64,000 bases of DNA from an uncultured Coriobacteriia bacterium (GTDB taxonomy: Bacteria; Actinomycetota; Coriobacteriia; Anaerosomatales; CAVYJL01). Position numbers and translations under genes: made by a program. Positions 50,255 through 59,045 of this stretch are shown here, piece by piece. Every line of letters starts with the position of its first letter. Position 1 is the stretch's first letter. The DNA lies in contig CAVYJL010000002.1 of NCBI GenBank assembly GCA_963768865.1, positions 443,336 through 507,335 of the forward strand. Direction: 5' to 3'. The notes beneath the pieces are model-generated. The model saw only the letters and a list, made by a program, of their open reading frames with translations. It did no database searches and was not told the DNA's origin.

Positions 50255-51745
50255 ATGCCACTGGGTCATCGGGACCACGTGCTCCGCGACGACACGGGCT
50301 TCACGATCGTAGAGCTCGTGTTCGCCGCCGTGATCTTCTTCGTCGCCTTCACCGCGCTGATGATCCTCATGGTGGCCACGCAGGACGCCGCCTTGCGCGC
50401 CAAGGAGAAGGCGGACGTCGTCAACGCGGCCTCCAGCTACATCGAGCGCGCGCGCCAGGTCACCTTCGATCAGGTCGGTACGGCTGGAGGCGATCCCTCC
50501 GGCACGCTGACGGAATCCACGATGACAGTGGGCGCAACGACCATCGCCATCGTGCCCACGGTGACGTGGATCGACGATCCGGCCATCGCCGGGACGCACA
50601 ACTACAAGCTGCTGCGCGTGACCGCCACGGCGTCGCAGGGCCCCTCCGACCCTCGGCCGTTCCAGTATGTCTCCGAGACGATCATCAAGGTCGCGGACTA
50701 CTACGTGAAGCCGAACCCGCCCACGGTCCTATTCGGGTCGTCGAGCCCGGCTGACGGCTCGGTCGTCTGGGGTCCCTCGGTGACGATGAGCATCGAAGCC
50801 AGCGCGAACGGCGCCGGCACGCTACTGAGCGCCATGAACCTGTACTACGGCAGCCTTCCCATGCTGGATTCGTTCGGGCAGCCTGCGCAGTGGTCGTCCT
50901 CGGCGGCGGTGGACTCGCACACCATCAACTGGGACACCACCGGGGTGGACGCGAACGGCGTGGCATTGGTCCCCGACGGGATCTACACCCTCAAGGCCGA
51001 GGCATGGGACAGCAACGGCCAGCAGGGCGCTCAGACGCGCACGGTCATCGTGGACAACAGCCCTCCCGGCAGCCCAGCCACCATCACGGCTACGGCCGCG
51101 GGCCCGAGCACCATGAACGTGGCCTGGTCCACGGTCTACAAGGGCAACATCCCGACCGACCACTACGGTCTGACGGTCAAGCAGCAGAGCCTGCTGGCGA
51201 TCCTCCCGGACACGCTCCTGTGGAGCTCGCTGGGTACGACGACCTACAACCAGAGTTCGGCGGCCTACGCCGTCCAGCCTTTCAGCCGCTATCTCTTCAG
51301 CGTCATCGCCTACGGCCCCCCGCCCAACAATCGCACGACGGGGGTGTCGACCCAGACGGTGGGCGTGTCGGGTCCCCATATCAGCGGTAGCTACACGAAC
51401 TCCAAGTCTGGGTCCACCTACACGCTGACGACGTCGATCAACGCCGCGGGCCCGACGTTCCCGGTCCTGGGCATCCCGCTCATCGGCAATGTGAAGTGGA
51501 CCATACACAGGTCGCCCTACGCGAACATGTCATCGCCCGACAAGACGTGGACGGTCGCAGGGCCGAGCATCTTGGCTTGGACGGAACCGTATTCCGACCG
51601 GGTCTCCGCCAAGGGCGGATCGCCCAGCCGCTACTACCAGGTGACGGCCACCGTGATCCCGGCGGGATACCTGGGGGGCGACCAGATAACGGTGCCGTCG
51701 CAGATCGTGGGCCCGCTGGGCGGGACCGGCAGCGGCTCGTTCTAG
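50255..51745 (+). CDS. large minor pilin (PilV-like) with C-terminal Ig/Fn3-like domains
   Basis: G|FTIVEL; WDTT..PDGIYTLKAEAWD (Ig-like); VDNSPPGSP...W...Y...PFSRYLFSVIA (Fn3-like). Confidence 0.8.
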   Translation: MPLGHRDHVLRDDTGFTIVELVFAAVIFFVAFTALMILMVATQDAALRAKEKADVVNAASSYIERARQVTFDQVGTAGGDPSGTLTESTMTVGATTIAIVPTVTWIDDPAIAGTHNYKLLRVTATASQGPSDPRPFQYVSETIIKVADYYVKPNPPTVLFGSSSPADGSVVWGPSVTMSIEASANGAGTLLSAMNLYYGSLPMLDSFGQPAQWSSSAAVDSHTINWDTTGVDANGVALVPDGIYTLKAEAWDSNGQQGAQTRTVIVDNSPPGSPATITATAAGPSTMNVAWSTVYKGNIPTDHYGLTVKQQSLLAILPDTLLWSSLGTTTYNQSSAAYAVQPFSRYLFSVIAYGPPPNNRTTGVSTQTVGVSGPHISGSYTNSKSGSTYTLTTSINAAGPTFPVLGIPLIGNVKWTIHRSPYANMSSPDKTWTVAGPSILAWTEPYSDRVSAKGGSPSRYYQVTATVIPAGYLGGDQITVPSQIVGPLGGTGSGSF

Positions 51746-51752
51746 GAACACC

Positions 51753-52358
51753 ATGAAGACCATCATCCGATATACGCACGGTGACGACGGGCTCTCGCTG
51801 GCCGAGCTCATGGTCGTGGTGAGCGTGCTCGGATTCGTCCTCGCCGCCGCCTGGGCGGGCATGTTCGCGCTCCAGCGGGCCGACGTCGTGAACACCGCCC
51901 AGAGCCAGGCCGCTCACGACTTCTCCGATCCGATGGAGTGGATGAGCAAGATCGTCATGCAGGCCACCGCGATCGACACCGTGGGGACCACCCCCAACAG
52001 CATCAATCCGGGTCCGTACCAGATAGGCGTGTGGACCAACCGCGACGGAGACACGACGCCGGAGCTGAACAACATCTACGTCGATGCGGGTGGCCATCTC
52101 GTGTGGGAGTACTGGGTCTACAACTCCTCCCGCACTACCCCGCTGAAGCACGTCAAGTGGATCGTGAGCTACACCAACGCGAACGTCGCGGCAGGCGTGC
52201 CGCTCTTCACCTATTGGGGCGCCACCGGAAACCAGATCACCGACATGTCCGTGGCGTCGTCCGGCACCTATCGGGTCACGGCGACGCTGGCGGTGCCCGG
52301 AGTCGACAGCGGCTCGATGCGCGACTCACGGGACATCACGCTCAGGAACAAGAGGTAG
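51753..52358 (+). CDS. minor pilin (PilW-like)
   Basis: G|LSLAEL; PLFTYW; C-terminal ITLRN. Confidence 0.8.
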   Translation: MKTIIRYTHGDDGLSLAELMVVVSVLGFVLAAAWAGMFALQRADVVNTAQSQAAHDFSDPMEWMSKIVMQATAIDTVGTTPNSINPGPYQIGVWTNRDGDTTPELNNIYVDAGGHLVWEYWVYNSSRTTPLKHVKWIVSYTNANVAAGVPLFTYWGATGNQITDMSVASSGTYRVTATLAVPGVDSGSMRDSRDITLRNKR

Positions 52359-52362
52359 GCTC

Positions 52363-53856
52363 ATGATCACCTCGCGGCGACTGCACGCGCTTGCGGACGA
52401 CTCGGGCGTCGCGCTGGTCACGGTGATCGGGATCATCAGCGTGATGACCGTGGTCGCCCTGGCGGCCTTCGCGCTGTCCATGCAGAACACGACCGACGTG
52501 CGCAGAGCCGTGGGGACGTCGCAGGCGTTCCAAGCGGCCAACGCGGGCGTGGACGCGGCACTCTCGAGGATCCAGGTGAACGGGTACGTGTCCACTGACT
52601 TCCCGGCGACGGGGTCCACGGCCAGTGGATCGTTCATCGCGACGGTCACGCCGGGCACCAACGGGCAGTACCAGTGCCTGTCCACCGGAACCGACCCCAC
52701 GACCGGCCAGCACGAGACCATCCTGGTCAACTTCTTCTATCTGAACCTGTGGAACATGAACATGGCCAACGGCACCGGCGGCCTGAGCGGCGGCGGTCTC
52801 GTAGGCACCACGAACGAGTGGGGCCCCTTCTACCTCCGCGGCAACGTGAACATCAGCGGCAACACCGCGATCAATCTGGGCCCTCTCTTCATCGTGGGCG
52901 GTGACCTCAACCTCTCGGGCAGCGGCGCTATCGGCGCCACTGGCGGGCCGGTGGACCTCTACTGCTCGGGGTCGTATCCCACGCCCGGCAGCCAGGGAAT
53001 GAACGTGGGCTCGATCTCGCACGCGCCGCCCGACATCCAGCTCCCGGTCGTGGACCAGGCCTACCTGCAGTCCAAGTTCAACCAGGCCAAGCTCGAGTCG
53101 ATCGACAACATGGTGGGGACTCCCAGCGGCACGAACCCCACCAACCTCGAGGCGCTCGCCGGCAACCCGGCCACCTACCAGTCCATGAACCCGCCCAACG
53201 GCGGCTGGACGCGGCCCAAGGCCCCGGGTGCGGCTACGTTCTATAAGGTGGTGGGAACCGACACCAGCATCGGGGCCATCGATACAGGAACGCACGGGCT
53301 CACGATCGGCGGAACGGGAAGCTGGGGCTCGGGCTCGGGCGACGGCCACTACACGCTTTCGAGCCACGATGACTTCTGGTACGACGACACCCAGAACCCC
53401 GGTGTGCTCTACGTGGAAGGCACCGTCTTCGTGGACGGGCCCGTCACCTTCAACAAGGACATCATGTACCGCGGCAACGGTTCCATCGTGGCCAACGGCG
53501 ACATCACGATAAACGGCCAGCTCGTGCCCGACTCGGGCGGGAACCACTACATGGACGCGACGCACGTGCTGGGCCTTGTCACTCCTGGGGCCATCGTGGA
53601 CAACGTCACCGGCTCCAACGGGCGCGATCCGCTCAACTGCACCCCCGATCTGTGCGGTGCGTTCTTCGCCCGGCAGCAGTTCCAGAGCACGGGGAACGCG
53701 GCCATCATCAAGGGCTCGATCATCGCGGGCGGCATCAACATCTCGCACCCGAACGCGCATCTGGTGACGGACCCGCAGCTGCCGGAGTTCATTCCGGATG
53801 CCATGCCCGGCGTGGGCAACTCGTACTTGATCAAAGGCTCGTGGAGCCGCAAGTAG
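52363..53856 (+). CDS. large minor pilin (PilX-like, no Glu5) with Gly/Asn-rich beta domain
   Basis: G|VALVTV; QAFQAANAGV; repeated G-N/D-x-x-I-x-G pattern; C-terminal SW. Confidence 0.8.
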   Translation: MITSRRLHALADDSGVALVTVIGIISVMTVVALAAFALSMQNTTDVRRAVGTSQAFQAANAGVDAALSRIQVNGYVSTDFPATGSTASGSFIATVTPGTNGQYQCLSTGTDPTTGQHETILVNFFYLNLWNMNMANGTGGLSGGGLVGTTNEWGPFYLRGNVNISGNTAINLGPLFIVGGDLNLSGSGAIGATGGPVDLYCSGSYPTPGSQGMNVGSISHAPPDIQLPVVDQAYLQSKFNQAKLESIDNMVGTPSGTNPTNLEALAGNPATYQSMNPPNGGWTRPKAPGAATFYKVVGTDTSIGAIDTGTHGLTIGGTGSWGSGSGDGHYTLSSHDDFWYDDTQNPGVLYVEGTVFVDGPVTFNKDIMYRGNGSIVANGDITINGQLVPDSGGNHYMDATHVLGLVTPGAIVDNVTGSNGRDPLNCTPDLCGAFFARQQFQSTGNAAIIKGSIIAGGINISHPNAHLVTDPQLPEFIPDAMPGVGNSYLIKGSWSRK

Positions 53857-53962
53857 CCCGTCGCGCGTACGGCGGCCGAGCCGTTTCATCGCAGGACATG
53901 CTGGTAGAATCGAATGCACGCCTTCACGGGCGTGCATTCGCCTTCTACCAGGGGAACAGCAG

Positions 53963-55117
53963 TTGCGCCTCGTAACCGCAGGAGAGTCACACGGACGCGG
54001 GCTCGTCGCCATCGTGAGCGACGTGCCCGCCGGGATACGCGTGGTGTCCACCGCCATAGACACCGACCTCGCTCGCAGGCAGGCGGGCTATGGCCGAGGA
54101 GGGCGGATGCGCATCGAGACCGACCGGGCTCTGATCATGTCCGGCGTGCGGTTCGGTGTGACGATCGGAAGCCCGGTGGCCCTTACCATCGCCAACCGCG
54201 ACTGGGACAACTGGACGGATGTCATGGCCACCACCGGCGAGAAGCCCGAGGGCATCCGTGAGACCGCTCCTCGGCCGGGACACGCGGACCTCGGCGGTGT
54301 GCAGCGCACGGGCTCCGACGACACGCGCGACGTGCTCGAACGCGCGAGCGCGCGCGAGACGGCCGCGCGAGTGGCGGGCGGCGCGATAGCCAAGGCGTAC
54401 CTGCGCGAGGCGGGCGTGGAGATCGGGTCGTTCGTGACGCGGATCGGGCCGGCGGCATGGAAGGGCGTTCCCGAGGATCCGGCGCAGGTGGACCGCGACG
54501 CGGTGGAGGAAAGCGACGTGCGCTGCCCAGAGCCCGCGGCCGCCGGGGAGATGCGCGCGGCTATCGATGCCGCGCGGGACGCGGGAGACAGCCTGGGCGG
54601 ACGCTTCACCGTCTACGCCACGGGCCTCGCGGCGGGGTTGGGGGGCTACGCGCAGGCCGACCAGCGCCTCGACGGCCGCCTGGCGGGCGCGCTCGTCTCG
54701 ATCCCGGCGATCAAAGAGGTGGGCATAGGCATCGGCGCGCTCGCCGGCGAGATCCCCGGATCGGCGGTGCACGACGAGATCGTGGTCGCGCCCGGCGGCG
54801 GCTACGTCCGCGCGACGAACCGCTCCGGCGGCATCGAGGGCGGGATGACCACCGGCGAGACGCTCGTCGTGACCGCGACCATGAAGCCCATCCCCACGCT
54901 CATGCGCCCGCTCCACACGGTGGACCTCGACACCGGCGAGGTCCGCGACGCCAGCCGCGAACGCAGCGACGTGTGCGCCGTGCCCGCCGCCGCGGTCGTG
55001 GCCGAGGCCGAGGTCGCGCTCGTGCTGGCCACCGCGTATCAGGAGGCGTTCGGCTCCACGTCGGTGAAGGACCTCACCGCCGCTCTCGCGGCCTACCGGG
55101 AGCGTACGGGCCGGTGA
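53963..55117 (+). CDS. aroC: chorismate synthase
   Basis: TAGESHG, RRQAGYGRG, PRPGHAD, ERASARETA, GGIEGG, MKPIPT, RSDVC; extended -10 TGgTAGAAT at 53902-53910. Confidence 0.97.
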   Translation: MRLVTAGESHGRGLVAIVSDVPAGIRVVSTAIDTDLARRQAGYGRGGRMRIETDRALIMSGVRFGVTIGSPVALTIANRDWDNWTDVMATTGEKPEGIRETAPRPGHADLGGVQRTGSDDTRDVLERASARETAARVAGGAIAKAYLREAGVEIGSFVTRIGPAAWKGVPEDPAQVDRDAVEESDVRCPEPAAAGEMRAAIDAARDAGDSLGGRFTVYATGLAAGLGGYAQADQRLDGRLAGALVSIPAIKEVGIGIGALAGEIPGSAVHDEIVVAPGGGYVRATNRSGGIEGGMTTGETLVVTATMKPIPTLMRPLHTVDLDTGEVRDASRERSDVCAVPAAAVVAEAEVALVLATAYQEAFGSTSVKDLTAALAAYRERTGR

Positions 55118-55614
55118 ACGACGTCTTCCTCGTAGGGTTCATGGGGTCGGGCAAATCCACTGTGGGCAGGCTCGTCGCCGAGCATCTGGACCTGCCCTTC
55201 ACCGACCTGGACGCGCGCATCGAGGCCGCGACCGGCATGACCGTGAGTGAGATATTCGGGGAACGCGGCGAGCGCGGCTTCCGCCAGCTGGAGCACGAGC
55301 AGCTCGGATCCCTCATCGCAACCGATCCCAGCGTCGTCGCCAGCGGCGGCGGCGTGATCGTGGACGACCGCAACCGAGTGCTGCTCCACATGCTGGGCAA
55401 GGTGATCTACCTGCGCGTTTCCGCCGATGAGGCGCTCGCGCGGGTCGGTTCGGCCGAGGGCCGGCCGCTCCTCGAAGGCCCGGACACCGCCTCGGCCGCG
55501 AGGACTCTGCTGGCCGCCAGAGAGCGGCTCTACGAGACGGTCGCCGACGTCACCGTGGACACGGTGGGCAAGACGCCCGCCGAGGTGGCCGACGAAGTGG
55601 TGGCGGCCCTGTGA
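55114..55614 (+). CDS. aroK: shikimate kinase
   Basis: GFMGSGKST, DLD, FRQLE, SGGG, RPLL. Confidence 0.95.
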   Translation: MNDVFLVGFMGSGKSTVGRLVAEHLDLPFTDLDARIEAATGMTVSEIFGERGERGFRQLEHEQLGSLIATDPSVVASGGGVIVDDRNRVLLHMLGKVIYLRVSADEALARVGSAEGRPLLEGPDTASAARTLLAARERLYETVADVTVDTVGKTPAEVADEVVAAL

Positions 55615-56777
55615 GCGCCGCGCCCGACGACATGTCCGGCATGGGAGCGCCGGCCCAGGTTGGCGACGTGGTCGTGAAGCTGCCGGTGGCCGCGGGGTCG
55701 CGACCTTACGAGGTGCTCCTGGGCACCGGGCTGCTCGACGAGGTGGGCCCGGTCACCGCCGTGGTGACCCCATCCGCGCGCGCCGCGCTCATCACCGACG
55801 ACACCGTGGGCGCCCGGTACGGCGAACAGGTCGAGGCGTCCTTGCGCCGCGCCGGAGTGGAGCCCGCGCTCATCCGTGTCCCGCCCGGCGAGGCCAGCAA
55901 GGATTGGGCGGTCGCGGGCCGCGTGCTGGAGCAGCTCGCTCAGGCGGGGATCGACCGCACCGGCGCGGTGGTCGCGCTCGGGGGCGGCGTCGTGGGCGAC
56001 CTCGCGGGGTTCTGCGCCGCCGTCTACTTGCGCGGCATCCCGTTCGTGCAGGTCCCAACAACGCTTCTGGCCCAGGTGGACTCGTCGGTGGGAGGCAAGA
56101 CCGGCGTGGACCTGCCTCATGGCAAGAACCTGGCCGGGGCGTTCTGGCAGCCCTCGGCAGTGCTCGCGGACACCGTGACCCTCATGTCGCTGCCGGCCTC
56201 CGAGTGGCTCAGCGGCCTGGCCGAGGTCGCGAAGGCGGCGTTCCTGGACTCCGAGCGCTTCGTCGCCGTCATGGAGCGCATCTCGACCGACGGGGTGGTC
56301 CCGCGCGACACCGCCGAGACGCGGGCGATGATCGCCGACGCCATCGCGTTCAAGGCGCGCGTCGTCGCCGCGGACGAGCGCGAGGGCGGCGAGCGCGAGG
56401 TGCTCAACTACGGCCACACCTTCGGCCATGCGCTCGAGAAGGTGCTGGGCTACGGGACCGTCACGCACGGCTCGGCCGTCGCCGAGGGCATCCGTTTCGC
56501 CGCGGCCCTGGCCGAGGAGGCCATCGGGGCCGCGCCGTCGTGGACCGCGCGTCAGACGGCGCTGCTGGACCGCTTGGGCCTGAGCGCCTTGAGCGTCACC
56601 GCTGATCCGGACGAGCTGCTGCAGGCGATGCGTTCCGACAAGAAATCACGCGGAGGCCGCGTGCGGTTCGTGCTCTCCGATGGTCCGGGCGGCTGGCAGG
56701 CGCGCCCGGTGGACGATGCTCTGGTCATGCGGCATCTCGCCGCCTGGGCTGCCGGCCGCGCGCCGGGGGAGGAGTGA
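55611..56777 (+). CDS. aroB: 3-dehydroquinate synthase
   Basis: GGGVVGDL, PTTLLAQVDSSVGGKTG, LNYGHTFGHALE. Confidence 0.97.
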   Translation: MSAAPDDMSGMGAPAQVGDVVVKLPVAAGSRPYEVLLGTGLLDEVGPVTAVVTPSARAALITDDTVGARYGEQVEASLRRAGVEPALIRVPPGEASKDWAVAGRVLEQLAQAGIDRTGAVVALGGGVVGDLAGFCAAVYLRGIPFVQVPTTLLAQVDSSVGGKTGVDLPHGKNLAGAFWQPSAVLADTVTLMSLPASEWLSGLAEVAKAAFLDSERFVAVMERISTDGVVPRDTAETRAMIADAIAFKARVVAADEREGGEREVLNYGHTFGHALEKVLGYGTVTHGSAVAEGIRFAAALAEEAIGAAPSWTARQTALLDRLGLSALSVTADPDELLQAMRSDKKSRGGRVRFVLSDGPGGWQARPVDDALVMRHLAAWAAGRAPGEE

Positions 56778-56780
56778 GAC

Positions 56781-57224
56781 GTGAACATCCTCGTTCTCAA
56801 CGGACCCAACCTGAACTTGCTGGGACAGCGGGAGCCCGACGTGTACGGCACGCACACGCTTGCCGACATCGAGAACATGATCGAGGGCGCCGCCCATCAG
56901 CTGGGCGTCGACGTAGCGTTCGCTCAGTCCAACTGCGAGGGCGAGCTCATAGACGCTCTCCATCAGGCACACGCCGAGGGGACCGACGCCGTCGTGTTCA
57001 ACCCCGGCGCCTACACGCACTACTCCATCGCCCTGCGTGACGCGGTGTCCGCGATCACGCCGGTGGTCGTGGAGGTGCACCTGTCCAACATCTCGGCGCG
57101 CGAGGCGTTCCGCCGCGAGAGCGTGATCGCCCCCGCGTGCGCGGGCCAGATATCGGGATTCGGCACCTACTCATACGTGTTGGGCCTGGAGGCGGCGGTC
57201 AAGACCGTCGCGACCCGCCGATGA
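56781..57224 (+). CDS. aroQ: type II 3-dehydroquinate dehydratase
   Basis: LNGPNLNLLGQREPDVYG, NPGAYTH, EVHLSN. Confidence 0.97.
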   Translation: MNILVLNGPNLNLLGQREPDVYGTHTLADIENMIEGAAHQLGVDVAFAQSNCEGELIDALHQAHAEGTDAVVFNPGAYTHYSIALRDAVSAITPVVVEVHLSNISAREAFRRESVIAPACAGQISGFGTYSYVLGLEAAVKTVATRR

Positions 57225-58315
57225 ACGGGTACCACCGCCTGGGCGCGCTTCGGGCGCGCATGGCGGCCGAGGGGGCGCGGGCGGTCCTGGTCACCGGCGC
57301 CAGCGATCAGGTCTGGGTGACCGGGTTCGACGGCGTGTTCGACGAGCACCCGGGCACCGCCTGCCTGGTCACGCCTCATGCGGCGCGCGTGTTCGCGGAC
57401 TCGCGATACGCGGAAGCGGTGCGCGAAGCCGCCTATTCGAGCGAGTGGGCCGTGCACGAGGCCTCGGACCCAGCCGGCGCGGCGGTCGAGGCGGCCGCGG
57501 CCGACGGTGACGCCCCGCTGGGCCTGCAGCCCGAGCTCTCTTGGAGCGAGTACACGAGACTCGCCGCAGCCTTCGGTGCCGAGGTCGTCCCGGCTACGGG
57601 CTGGGTGGGCACGCTGCGTATGGTCAAGGACGAGATGGAGATGGGCCGCATCGAGCAGGCGCAGCAGCTCACGGACCGCGCGTTCAAGCACATCATCGAC
57701 TTCCTGGAGCCCGGGATGACCGAGCTCGAGGTCGCGTTGGAGATCGAGACACACATGCGGCGCGACGGTGCGGACGGCATCGCGTTCCCGGCGATAGTCG
57801 CCGGCGGCCCCAACTCAGCTCTGCCTCACGCCGTGGCCGGCACGCGCCGGATAGAGACGGGCGATTTCGTGAAGCTGGACTTCGGCGCGCGCGTGGCCGG
57901 CTATTGCGCGGACATGACCCGGACCGTGACCATGGGCCCCGCCAGCGACCGGCAGCGCGAGATCCACGCAGCGGTGCTCGCCGCCAACGAGGCGGGCCGA
58001 GCGGCCGTGCGTCCCGAGGCCGTGGCCAAGGACGTTCACGCCGCCGCCGCGGCCGTCCTCGCCGAGCGGGGCCTGGGCGAGAAGTTCGGACACGGCCTGG
58101 GCCACGGCGTGGGCCTGGACGTTCACGAGGGCCCTCGGCTGGGACCCAAGAGCGAGGACGTGTTGCGGCTGGGGATGGTCGTCACGGTGGAACCGGGCGT
58201 GTACGAGCCGGGTTTCGGCGGTGTTAGAATCGAGGACTTGGTGGTCGTCGACGGAGACGGCCACCGTGTCTTGACGCAGTCCACCAGGGAGCTCCTGGAG
58301 ATCCGAGGAAGGTAA
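57221..58315 (+). CDS. Xaa-Pro aminopeptidase (M24B)
   Basis: LDFGA, YCADMTRT, HGLGHGVGLDVHE, TVEPGVY, GGVRIED. Confidence 0.94.
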   Translation: MNGYHRLGALRARMAAEGARAVLVTGASDQVWVTGFDGVFDEHPGTACLVTPHAARVFADSRYAEAVREAAYSSEWAVHEASDPAGAAVEAAAADGDAPLGLQPELSWSEYTRLAAAFGAEVVPATGWVGTLRMVKDEMEMGRIEQAQQLTDRAFKHIIDFLEPGMTELEVALEIETHMRRDGADGIAFPAIVAGGPNSALPHAVAGTRRIETGDFVKLDFGARVAGYCADMTRTVTMGPASDRQREIHAAVLAANEAGRAAVRPEAVAKDVHAAAAAVLAERGLGEKFGHGLGHGVGLDVHEGPRLGPKSEDVLRLGMVVTVEPGVYEPGFGGVRIEDLVVVDGDGHRVLTQSTRELLEIRGR

Positions 58316-58318
58316 GCG

Positions 58319-58879
58319 ATGGCGGTTTCGACCAACAACCTCAAGAACGGGATGACGATCCTCTACAACGACAAGATGTGGACGATCGTCGAGTTCCAGC
58401 ACGTCAAGCCGGGCAAGGGTGGCGCGTTCGTGCGCACCAAGCTCAAGGAGCTCAAGACCGGCCGAGTAGTGGACGTCACGTTCCGCGCGGGTGAGAAGCT
58501 CGACGACGTGCGCACCGAGACCAAGCACGTGCAGTACCTCTACAACGACGGCTCGGCGTATCACTTCATGGACACAGAGACCTACGAGCAGACCGAGCTC
58601 TCCGCCGATTTCGTGGGTGACGCCGGCAAGTGGCTCAGGGAGAACGACGAGGTCCAGATCCAGGTGGCCGGCGGCGAGATGATCGGTGTCGAGCCTCCGA
58701 TGTTCGTGGAGCTGGAGATCACGGAGACCGACCCCGGATTCAAGGGCGACACCGTCCAGGGCGGCAACAAGCCCGCTACGCTGGAGACCGGCGCGGTCAT
58801 CCAGGTGCCGATGTTCCTGAACACCGGCGACCGCGTCAAAGTGGACACCCGGGACGGCAGCTACATAACGCGCGTCTAG
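58319..58879 (+). CDS. efp: elongation factor P
   Basis: HVKPGKGGAFVRTK, KPATLETG, VDTR. Confidence 0.98.
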   Translation: MAVSTNNLKNGMTILYNDKMWTIVEFQHVKPGKGGAFVRTKLKELKTGRVVDVTFRAGEKLDDVRTETKHVQYLYNDGSAYHFMDTETYEQTELSADFVGDAGKWLRENDEVQIQVAGGEMIGVEPPMFVELEITETDPGFKGDTVQGGNKPATLETGAVIQVPMFLNTGDRVKVDTRDGSYITRV

Positions 58880-59045
58880 CAGCGGGGAAGGGCCGTTGCC
58901 GCGGCCGGCCGGCCGGGCGGCGCGGCGGGACCTCGGCAAGGGACGCGGACGGCTGCCGGGCCGCTTCCATCAGGTATACTCACGATTCCGACGCCCGCCA
59001 GTGCCAGGCGGGCGCCCGTACATACAGACACCGAGGGGCGGTGCC

